DNA of 63,727 nucleotides, counting the filler, from Thraustochytrium aureum (Eukaryota): NCBI GenBank assembly GCA_012862495.1. It is 5 parts of 4 records of this genome, joined end to end, with 100 filler letters (N's around TTAATTAATTAA, not from the genome) between each part and the next. Parts side by side here need not be neighbours in the genome. Positions count along the whole stretch, not along the records: positions 44,103 to 57,322 come from BLSG01000179.1; positions 57,423 to 61,288 come from BLSG01000181.1; positions 61,389 to 63,727 come from BLSG01000182.1; 2 more parts are not named here. One strand, 5' to 3'. The position numbers were made by a program, and so were the translations under genes. The notes beneath the pieces were generated by a model that saw only the letters and a list, made by a program, of their open reading frames with translations, was not told the origin of the DNA and searched no databases. Position 1 is the first letter of the stretch; each line of letters starts with the position of its first letter. Positions 54,347-63,727 of this stretch are shown here, piece after piece.

Positions 54347-57322
54347 ATGGCGCGCACAAGCGCAAAGATGGCGGCGAAGGGCAAGGGCGGCAGGTCCAAG
54401 GCCGCCAAAGCGACGAAAAGCAAAGTCGCGACGCTGAAGAGCAAGGCCGCGAAGCGCAAGCCCACTGCGTTCAAGTCGGCGCGGCTCCGCGAAGAAAGCG
54501 CAAGGAAGGAAATTGCAAAGGCAGAGGCCCTGGCCAAGGCGAAAGCCGCTCGGTCCAAGACGAAAGCAGGCTCTGGAGCCAAGAAGCGCACAAGTGCAAC
54601 AGCAGCAAGTGGGAACCAGGGGGAAAGCCAGGCCGAAGAAATGATGCTGGAGCTACCACGAGCGAAAGACCGCGATCCGTTCGTGTCCACCCGGGCGTAC
54701 GAGAGGCACATCAAAAACAATAGAGTGCGTCTCGAGCAGGATCTCAAGGCAACGGACACCGTCGAGCGGAGCGACCAAGACCTCCAGAACGAAAGCCAAG
54801 CAAGACGCCTTGAGTACGACGCGCTATTGACGCACGAGGTCAAGCGATTCGTGTGGTCCCAGCACCTCGAGAAGGCCCTTGCCGAAATGGATCGCGAACG
54901 CCGCAATCAGCAACTCAAGGCCCAGCACGCGTTGGACTTGGCGAGTCGAATCTCGAGCCCTCGACCCGAAACCGACTCTTCCCCATCTGGGAAAACGGAG
55001 GAGATGAGCTCGCTGGAGGCGCCCCTGGCGGCGCCTCAATGGTTGGTGAGGACGGCAAGTTTGGCGCTGCGGAGGCGGGTGAGGGCGACGAGAGCCCGAT
55101 TGGCAGCGCTGGAGAAGAGGAGGCCAAGAGCGCCGTTCGCGAGCGCCCCACGCTAACTCCCGAGGCCCTCGACTCCAAGTGGGCCGAATTCGTAAGGGAG
55201 GGCTTGTTCGAGCGCAAGCGCGTCGAGGTTTTCGACCCAAAGTACGACTCCTGGTTTGAGGCGAAGATCGACACGATAAAGATCGGCCGCAAGCGGATGG
55301 CCCGGCTACAGGCCGACTTTGTGGAGGCACGCATTCTGGTCCATTGCTTTGGGTTCAAACGCAATACGGCGCGGTGGATTTCAATCCGCCCCGAGCTCGT
55401 CACAGAAGAGGCGCTGCGCGCTTCCAAGGTCATTGCGCCTCCCGGCGTTTTCACGGACGAGTCAGGCTTCCCGAGCGGCGTGTCGCGCCGCAAGGGAGGC
55501 TCGTCCCGTGGGGAACGCGAGCGACGGCCAAGATCGCGCTGAAGCTGCCGAGGGAGCGGCCCCCGCCGCTGAGGACGACCGGGCGGTCCTGGGCGCTTTG
55601 ACTCTTGCAAGTTGGACTTGTCAAACATTGTGAGCGGGCGGCGGCGGCGGCGCAACCGCGAGCTCTTCATCGTGGAGGACTCGAAAAAGGCAGAGGAGGA
55701 CGAGCTCGTCAAACACAGCGACACCGTGTGCGCTTGTTGCGGGGAGCGAAGCTACAATCGCGACCTCGAGTCTGAGGAAGCGCTCTATATCTGCAGGGGG
55801 GCTGCAACAAGGTCTACCACGCGCCGTGCCTCCAACTGGACACGATCCCCGACGGCGAGCTCATTTGCAGGTATTGCAAGGAAAACGACCACGCGTGCTT
55901 CACCTGCCTCGAGAGCGACGATCGCGTGGAGCCAGACGAGAAAACGACCCAATGCAGCTTTGAAGGCTGCGGGCGGTACTTTCACGAGTCGTGCATCCGC
56001 GGCGATAGCCGTGCACGCATTCTAGACCCGCAGGAGAAGAACAAGCTCAAGGTGCGCAGCGGGGCGGCGACCGAGAACGGCGAGGGCTCGCCGCCTGGTG
56101 AAGAGGGCAGTGGAGACGGCGATGGTAGCGAAGCCAAGCAAGCGGCGCTCCGGTTCTTGTGCCCCGCGCACTGCTGCAAGACGTGCTTCACGCTACGCGA
56201 TGAGGAGGAGCTTGCGCGGGCATTCTCGGGCAAAGTGCGGCGGTGCCTTGCGTGCTCGAGCGGTTTCCACGAGCGGTGTCTGCCGTACGGAACGCTGCGA
56301 AACGAACTCGGGATTCTCTGCAACCAATGCGCGCGCGAGTACGACCCCCCCCTGAGCTCGAGCGAGACGGTTTTCGTTGACCAGTACCGGCAGCGTGTTG
56401 TGAGCGACATGCCCGTGGACTATGCGCGGTACTTTCAGCGCGCGGCGCTGGACCTCAACGACGAGACCAATGAAGCGTTCCGCCTCCCGGCGAGCGTCCT
56501 TGAGGCGAGCAAGGGGGCGACGTCCGGCGGCAAGAAAAAGGCGAGCGCGCCGCGCCGCAACGCCAAGCCGCCAAAGTACGTCCCAATCAAGCGCAACTTG
56601 TACACCAAGGGAACTCGCCCTGTGGTGAACCGAGACACGCTCGACCACTCGTGCCAGTGCGTGCATGGGTGCGACGAGAGCTGCCAGAACCGCCTGCTGC
56701 GCATCGAGTGTTTCCGCGACAAGCGGGGCCAAGCCAACTGCAATAGCAAGGACGAGCAGTGCACGAACCGGCAGTTCCAGCGGTTCAAGTACAAAAAGGT
56801 CAAGCCGATTGAGACGCCTGGGCGTGGCTGGGGGCTCCAGCTCGAGCAGTTTGCAGAGCAAGGCGACTTTATCGTAGAGTATGTAGGAGAGGTCATCACC
56901 GCCGATGAGAGCCGGCAGCGGCTCACCAAGACCGTCACCGGGCAAGAGCGCCACGTGTTCCAGATGGATCTCGGCAACGACCAGATCATCGACGCGAGGT
57001 ACAAGGGCAACGTGGCGCGCTTCATCAACCACTCGTGTGACCCGAACTGCGCTTTGCACAAGTGGAACGTGCTCGGCGTGACCCGCGTGGGGATCTTTGC
57101 GAAGCGCGACATCGAACCAGGGGAGGAGCTCAGCTTTGACTACTCGTTCGATCGGAGCTCCGAGCTCGACTTTTCTTGCCTGTGCGGTGCCCCCAACTGC
57201 CGCGGCACGCTGACCACGATTACGTCCAAGGACAATCAAGCCAAGCTGGACCTGGAGAACGTTTGCAAGAAGATCAAGACGATCAAGCGTCTTCTCAAGC
57301 AGGGCCGGGGCGGCGGCTTGAA
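54347..57322 (+). CDS. NSD/ASH1-type histone H3K36 methyltransferase (Tudor/chromo-barrel-like domain, PHD/zinc fingers, AWS-SET-postSET); several frameshifts, 3' end truncated at the join
   Basis: CQCVHGCDESCQNR (AWS), GRGWGL, EYVGEVI, RFINHSCDPNC, ELSFDY, CLCGAPNCRG; upstream Cys/His fingers and a Lys-rich N-terminus. Confidence 0.9.
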
Positions 57323-57422
57323 NNNNNNNNNNNNNNNNNNNNNNNNNNNNNNNNNNNNNNNNNNNNTTAATTAATTAANNNNNNNNNNNNNNNNNNNNNN
57401 NNNNNNNNNNNNNNNNNNNNNN
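57323..57422. other. Artificial contig join (N44-TTAATTAATTAA-N44)
   Basis: Linker at 57367-57378. Confidence 0.95.
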
Positions 57423-57701
57423 AGCCAGGCATCCATCCATCCTTCGACTGGGCGAGTCGGAGCCCGCTGCGTGGGTTAGGACGTGCCGCAAAGTACAGCG
57501 GGTCAGGTTAGGGCCACTTGGCAAGTGCGGCCGGGAGCCTTGCTCGGTCGAAGCAAGCGCTCGCTGATGCGTTGGCATTGCCCAAACGCTCGCCGTTTCG
57601 TGGCTGGCTGGCTCGCTGGCTGCTTGGAGCAGAGCGCGCGCGAGGTTCTCTGGCCGTCGCGACTGCGAGGACTCGCCGCTTGGCTCGTTGCGCTCGGGAG
57701 G

Positions 57702-58726
57702 ATGGGCCCCGAAGCGCAGGCGGTCGTCTCGACGGCGGGCATCTACTTTTTTTACCTGAACTATGGGATCTTGCAAGAGCGCATCTTCAAGGCGGACCCC
57801 GAGACCGGCGAGCGGTTTTCCAGCACGCTGTTCCTGCTGGGCGTGCAGTGCGTGTTCAATATGGCGCTCGCTGTGGTCGTGATGGCGGCCGCCGGAGGGG
57901 GAGCGGAGCAAAAAGCCGCTGAGCAAGCCTGCGGTCTCGTCGCCGCTGGCCGGCGCCTTGTCGCACTCGGGCGTAGTTTGGGTCGCGGCCATCTCGCTCT
58001 CGTACCTTAGCGCGATGTTCTGCTCGAACCAGTCCCTGCAGTTTGTGTCGTACCCGTTCCAGGCGCTGGGGAAGAGCGCCAAGATGGTCCCAGTCATGGG
58101 CGCGAACGTGCTCTTGGGTGGCAAGCGGTACTCTGCCATGGAGTACGCGGCCGTGCTGCTGATCACTGGCGGGATCATCATGTTCCGGCTCGCGGGAAAG
58201 GGGCTCAGCATGGAGGGCACCACGACGATGGGGATCGGCCTCCTCTTCGGCTCGCTCTGCCTGGACGGGGTCACGGGGTCCAACCAGCGCCTCTTCAGCG
58301 ACGAGTTCGGGCCGTCGAGCCACTACTTGATGTTCCAGATGAACCTCTGGTCGGTCATCTTTCTGGCCCCCGGCGCTCCTGTACACCGGCGAGGGCACGG
58401 CTGGCCTCGAGTACGTGATGGCGCACCCGGCCGCCTTGCAAGACATTGTTTTGTTTGGCCTCTGCAGCGCCATGGGCCAGCTCTTCATCTTCTTTTGCAT
58501 CACGACGCTGGGGCCGCTGGCCTGCACAACGATCACGACGACGCGCAAGTTCTTCACCGTCTTGCTCTCCATTTTCTACTTCAACAACGAGCTCAAGACG
58601 ATGCAGTGGGTCGCAGTGGGGCTCGTCTGCGCCGGCCTCGGCCTCGAGCTCGCGCACAAGCAGCTCGGCGCCTCGTCGCGCCACAAAGCAAGTGGGCCCG
58701 CTGCTGCAAAGGACAAAAAGGCCTGA
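57702..58726 (+). CDS. UAA-family nucleotide(-sugar) transporter, SLC35B1/HUT1-like; frameshifts at ~57900-57950 and ~58370
   Basis: YGILQERIFK, SNQSLQFVSYPFQALGKSAKMVPVM, LCLDGVTG, TTTRKFFTVLLS, C-terminal KDKKA dilysine ER-retrieval signal. Confidence 0.92.
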
Positions 58727-58850
58727 GCGGCGGCCTTGGCAACGCAAGTAGTTTCGTTAGTTGTGTTTACGTAAGACGCCGCCTCTCTGCTTTGGCTCCG
58801 CCAAGGAGCCTCGTCCTCGAGGAGAGAGAGGCCTTGCTGCGGCCGCCGAC

Positions 58851-59192
58851 TCAGCCCGTTCGGAGGATAATGTGCAGCCCAGAGTCCGTCTGCACGATGT
58901 CAGACATTTCGCCCACCGCGAGCGCGGCGGTGGCATCCTCGAACGGCTTCATCATCTGGCCAGGGCCAAACTCGCCAAGGTCGCCGCCGTTCTGCGCAGA
59001 CCCGCAGTCCGAGGCAGTCTGCGCCAGTTCAGCAAACCCCTTCTGCCCGCTCTTGATCATCTCAATGTACCCGCGCAGGATCGCCTCGGCGTCCTCGCGC
59101 GACCGCTGCTTGATCTCCGCGCCCTCGGGGTCCTTCCAGCTCGCCGGCCGCCGGCTGCCCGAAAACTTGACGAGCAAGTGGCTCGCGCGCAT
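58851..59192 (-). CDS. Parvulin-type peptidyl-prolyl isomerase, Pin1-like without a WW domain
   Basis: [63 protein letters not shown]. Confidence 0.93.
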   Translation of the reverse strand: MRASHLLVKFSGSRRPASWKDPEGAEIKQRSREDAEAILRGYIEMIKSGQKGFAELAQTASDCGSAQNGGDLGEFGPGQMMKPFEDATAALAVGEMSDIVQTDSGLHIILRTG

Positions 59193-59940
59193 GGTTGAGC
59201 TGATTGAGCTGATTGATGCCTGCCTGCCTGCCTGCCGGCCTGTGTTGCAGTCTGCCCGATCCCTCGCCTCGCCAGAGCGCCACCGCAAAGCCCAGTCGCG
59301 CAGCAGCTCTACCGCGTCTCGCAGCCCGGGTCGACGTGGACTGAATGCCTGGGCCGTTGGTTGGGGCTCTGGCAACTGGAGGAGCGACTTGACGTCCTGG
59401 ACGGTTTTTCGGGGGGCTTGCGGTGCTGGGCTGGCATTCTCGCATGCACGAAGTCGACCTTGTACGCGTAACGGTAACATTCGGTCGATGCCGCCGATCA
59501 TGGAGCGCCCGCCCGCCCGCCCGCCGGCGCTGGTCGCTCGCGGACGCCGGTACTACGGCGGCTGCGCGATCTGCTTTGTGCAGCGGGCGATTTACGGTTT
59601 TGGTTTGGTTCGGTTTGCTCGCCGTGCGCGAGAGTACGGTGGCCTCAAGTCCTGCGCAAGGCCAGTTCGTCAAGGGCATTTGCTGCAAAGTGGCGGCGCT
59701 CTCGCTGGCATTGCTCGGCTGGTTGGTCGCTGTTTGGGCAGGGCAGCGGACGTCGAAGAGACTGCAGAGCTCGACCGATCGCAACGAGTTCGCGCTCCGC
59801 GACCGGGCCGAGCAGCTCGCGAGGCGGGGGTCGCGCGCGTCGCGTGCACCGCAACGCGAGGCGGCGGGCTCGAGCCTGTTGCACGCCGGGCTGGACTTTG
59901 CTGTTGCTGGCAGGCGGCGGAGCCTGGACAGGCAAGAGCG

Positions 59941-61154
59941 ATGCGCAGGTACAAGGTGCTCGACAAGCTCGGGGAGGGGAGCTTTGCGAACGTGCACAGG
60001 TGCACGCACGTGGACACGAGCGAGGTCGTCGCGGTGAAGCAGCTCAAGCAGCGGTTTGAGAGGTGGGAGGAGTGCAAGCGGCTGCGCGAGGTGAGGTCGC
60101 TGACCAAGCTCAAGCACCCAAACGTGATTCGGTGCACCGAGGTCATCCTCGAGCGCAACCGCGAGCTGTACCTCGTGTTCGAGTACGCGCCGCGCAACTT
60201 GTGGCAGCTCATCAAGGACGAGACCGAGCCCCTGGAGGGCCCTCAAATACGGCACCTGTTTGCCCAGCTGCTGGAAGGCCTCGCCTACATCCACCAAAAC
60301 AACTTTTTCCACCGCGACATCAAGCCAGAAAACCTATTGCTCTTCGAGGGCACGCTGAAAATCGCAGATTTCGGCCTGGCGCGCGAGATCAGGTCCAGGC
60401 CACCGTTCACCCAGTACGTGTCGACGCGCTGGTACCGTCCCCAGAGCTGCTCCTGCAGGGCGGCCTATATAGCTCTCCCATAGACCTCTGGGCTGCGGGC
60501 TGCATCCTCGGCGAGATGTACCTGCGGACCAACCTGTTCCCGGGCGAGAGCGACGTCGACATGCTGCACGTCGTGTGCCAGCGCCTCGGCACGTTCACGC
60601 GCGAGCAGTGGCCGGACGGAGCGAAAAGGCTCACACAGAGCAAGCTTAGTTTGCCACGGTACCCAACGCAGTCTCTCGAGTCGTGGTTTGCTGGAACCGA
60701 GCTCGCCGAGGACCTCGAGGCGCAGCACCTGCTGCTGGACCTCTTGCGCTTCGATCCACAAACGCGACTCACCGCCGCTCAGGCGCTGCGAAGCCCTTTC
60801 GTCGAGGGCGCCCTCCGCGGTACGCAGCAAGACGACCTCGACCGCGGCGCAGACGGCGGCGAGTTGGTCGTCAGCACGACAACGCCCCGCGGCAAGACGC
60901 TGCGCCGTCAGCAGAGCGACGTCGATATTGACCAGCTCTTGGACCAGCTCCTGAGCCCCGTTCCTGGAGCCTCTGCCCAGGTGGACCGCGCACTTGGCGG
61001 CGGCTGCGAGTCCAAGGAGAGCCCGTTTGTGGAGGCGGCGCTCGGAAGGCACGAGATCGAGGCGTTTCTCGACAACGTGACGGGCGAGGAGGAGGGCAAG
61101 GAGATCGACATCGACGGCGCCCTGGAGGAGTTTTTGTCCAGCGCGAGGAGCTAG
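59941..61154 (+). CDS. MAK/ICK (RCK family) CMGC protein kinase; frameshift ~60438
   Basis: LGEGSFANV, VAVK, RLREVRSL, HRDIKPENLL, ADFGLAREIRSRPPFTQYVSTRWYR, PELLL, DLWAAGCI. Confidence 0.95.
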
Positions 61155-61288
61155 CTAGCGTAGTCGGGAGGGAGCATGGAGGTGCGTTGGGAGCGGCAGG
61201 GGCCAGCGCCGATCGTAAGCCGCGCAGCGGCCGGTCTCGCGCGCATCGCAGGCGCGCGCGACCGCCCGCTTCCAACTTTAATTGAGAA

Positions 61289-61388
61289 NNNNNNNNNNNN
61301 NNNNNNNNNNNNNNNNNNNNNNNNNNNNNNNNTTAATTAATTAANNNNNNNNNNNNNNNNNNNNNNNNNNNNNNNNNNNNNNNNNNNN
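61289..61388. other. Artificial contig join (N44-TTAATTAATTAA-N44)
   Basis: Linker at 61333-61344. Confidence 0.95.
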
Positions 61389-61486
61389 AGGAGGACACAC
61401 ATTTGTCGGAGCACACAACAACGCGAGCGGCAGGCGGGCAGGCAGGCAAGCAGACACCGATCGCACAGGCTGCACGAGCGCAGGCA

Positions 61487-61545
61487 GGCGGGCGAGCAAG
61501 GCGGAAAGGCGGGCGAGCAAGGCGGAAAGGCGGGCGAGCAAGGCG
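61487..61545. repeat. 21-bp tandem repeat GGCGGGCGAGCAAGGCGGAAA x~3 just upstream of the cNMP-RGS gene
   Basis: Directly visible. Confidence 0.85.
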
Positions 61546-61632
61546 CAGGCGGGTGGGCGGGCGGTCTTCTTGCTAGTGCGCGCGGCCCGTCTGGTCTGGT
61601 CGGTGCGGGTGGTTGTCGGGAGGTCCTGCAAG

Positions 61633-63340
61633 ATGGGGTGCACGGGGAGCAAGCCGCTCGAGATGGTCTCCGACGACGAGTCGGTGTTTGACTTTCTGGC
61701 GACCAACATCTTCTTCAAGTCGCTGAGCACCCCGCAGATCAACGCCGCTGCGCAAAAGTTTACCGTCAAGAGGTTTTGCGCTGGCGACCGCGTCATCACG
61801 CAAGGCGAGGTGTCCGACTCGCTGTACTGCGTGGCTCTGGGCGCCGTCGATTTTATTGCGGAAGGCGAGGACGGCTCGACGAAGAAGATTCGCACAATGG
61901 GACGGCACGAGTTCTTCGGCGAGTTTGGCCTCATTCACAACACGCCGCGCACGGTTAGCGTCGACGCGGTGACCGACGTCGTTTTGCTGGTGCTGACGCG
62001 CACTCAGTACGAAAAGTCAAAGAGCGAGAGCTGCTTGAAGAACCTGGTGCGCTGGGTGAACGCGACCGCCTCCTCGATCGTGGCCAGCGGGCTCAAGGAG
62101 ATCGGCTTCCTGGCCGATCTCTCAGACAAGCAGCTCAACCTCATCGGCCGCCTGTTCAAGTGCGAGGTCGTGCCGTCCGGCACCGTCATCGCCAAGGAGG
62201 GCGAGACCGGGGACCGGTTCTACATCCTCTCGCGCGGCCAGCTCGTCGTGACGACGCAAGACGAGCTCGGCCTCTACGTCGAGCTGACCCGGCTGCTCCC
62301 TGGCTCAACCTTCGGGGAGCTCTCGCTTCTCAGGGACCAGCCACGAAACGCCTCGATCACCTCGCTGGAGGAGTGCGTGCTGTTCAGCCTCGGCCGCGAA
62401 GAGTTCGGCTACTTTCTCAAATCGCTGCCCCGGCTCGGCGAGCAGCTCGAGCGCTCCGTGTCCGAGCGCGCGACCGTCAACGTCTTGGCGGAGAAGATTC
62501 CCGTGTTCAAGTCGATGAGCAAGCGCAAGCAGCACCTCTTGGCCGAGGTTTGCCGCATGGAGCGCCACGCCAAGGGCGAGGTCATCCTCGAGGAAGGCGG
62601 AATGGAGCCCCGCAAGTTTTTCATCATCACGCGCGGCACTGTCGAAGTGCTCATCGGCGAGAACAAGGTGCGCGAGATGGGGGCCCGGGTCGTACTTTGG
62701 CGAGGTCGGGCTCGTGAGCGACTCGCCGCACTCGGCCACCGTCCGCGTCATGGACAACGAGGACGCCTACATGCTCGAGTGCTCGCAGGACGACTTTAAG
62801 CAGCTCTTTGTGGGCGAGCCCACCGTGCTGGCCGAGATCTCGCTCCGCGTCCTCGGCACGCGCGCCACGCTCGAGGACGTGCTGCGCCACCACGTCGGCC
62901 GAGAGTACTTTTCCAAGCACGTCGAGATGGAGTTCGCCAAGGAGAACATCGAGTTCTGGGCGGCGGTCGAGCGCCTCGAGTCCATCAGCAGGCGCCGCGT
63001 CCGCAAGAGCGTCATCGGCGCGCTCAACGTCTCAGCCGACGCCGTCACCAAGAAGAAGCAGTCGATGCTCAAGGCTCAAGCGCGGGACATTTACAACACG
63101 TTCATCTCGAACGACTCGCCGTCGCAGGTCAACCTCCCCGGCCCTATCTTTGCCGACATCAAGCAAAAGGTCGACAACGACCAGTACGACTTCAAGATGT
63201 TCGCTGACGCCAAGAAGGAGGTGTTTGGCCTCATGTCCAAAGACACCTACGCGCGCTTCCAGACCTCCGACCTGTTCAAGGAGCTGATGACCCAGATCGG
63301 CGTGTACGAGCAAAAGCGCAACAACGACTACGCCAGCTAG
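61633..63340 (+). CDS. N-acylated protein with three cyclic-nucleotide-binding domains and a C-terminal RGS domain; frameshift ~62685
   Basis: MGCTGSK N-terminus; phosphate-binding cassettes FGEFGLIHNTPRTVS, FGELSLLRDQPRNAS and FGEVGLVSDSPHSAT; RGS signature LEDVL...YFSKHVEMEFAKENIEFW...IYNTFI...SPSQVNL...F..AKKEVFGLMSKDTYARF. Confidence 0.92.
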
Positions 63341-63727
63341 AACTCGAGCATACCTGCTCCTTCCCTCATCAGAGCATCGACCTCCGCGTGCCGCGCCGCC
63401 GCGTCGCCCGCGCCCAAGCAAGAAAATAGACCAAAAAAATCGTATTTCATCCATGTCACCAGCTGCGCCTCGCTGCGCTTTTGCCACGCCGTAGCGCCGC
63501 TTGGCATCGGGCGTCTGCCCTCGGCCTCCCAACGCGCGCGTCGCCGCAGCCGAACGGCCGGCCAGGCGGATTGCGCCGAGGATTGGGCGATGGTGGGCGC
63601 ATTGTGGGGAGAAACCTCCACCGTATGGGGCCAACCACAACCATCAGAACAGAAACAGAAAAACACCAGAGCAGCAAGGAGACCTTGGGCGGCTTGCAGC
63701 CTTGGCGATAGGCGGCCCGCTGGCGTC

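Noticed and set aside
4658..63340. Many frameshifted genes read as pseudogenes or programmed frameshifting
   Set aside because: They are mostly single-base indels in short homopolymer runs, in otherwise intact conserved genes with no in-frame stops or shared slippery motif. This pattern is typical of 454 or Ion Torrent-type error.

Overview
This is GC-rich, gene-dense, almost intron-free eukaryotic DNA from a draft assembly. It contains many N gaps and four artificial 100-bp joins (N44-TTAATTAATTAA-N44). The gene set points by inference to a stramenopile protist, probably a thraustochytrid or other labyrinthulomycete: Galpha, myosin, NSD-type SET methyltransferase, MAK kinase, eukaryotic BCCT, WW-less Pin1 and a phosphoglycerate mutase with a mitochondrial-type presequence. 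About 27 protein-coding genes can be supported. Many carry single-base frameshifts at short homopolymer runs, which are most likely sequencing errors rather than pseudogenes. I recognised no rRNA, tRNA, CRISPR array or mobile element. The most notable items are: (1) an acylated protein with three cyclic-nucleotide-binding domains fused to an RGS domain, a candidate cNMP-gated GAP, in the same window as a Galpha with atypical G1/G5 boxes; (2) a peroxisomal (AKL) ACAD10/11-type kinase domain fused to a non-ACAD C-terminal domain; (3) an LRR + IQ + 4x unnamed-domain protein; (4) a head-to-head pair of orphan paralogous ~85-90 aa proteins, one hidden by a frameshift; (5) a secreted, probably GPI-anchored protein of defensin-like 8-Cys repeats; (6) a mitochondrion-targeted cofactor-independent PGM; and (7) a dense ACGT (bZIP-type) motif cluster in a bidirectional promoter. 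All family assignments come from motif recognition by eye, with no database searches.
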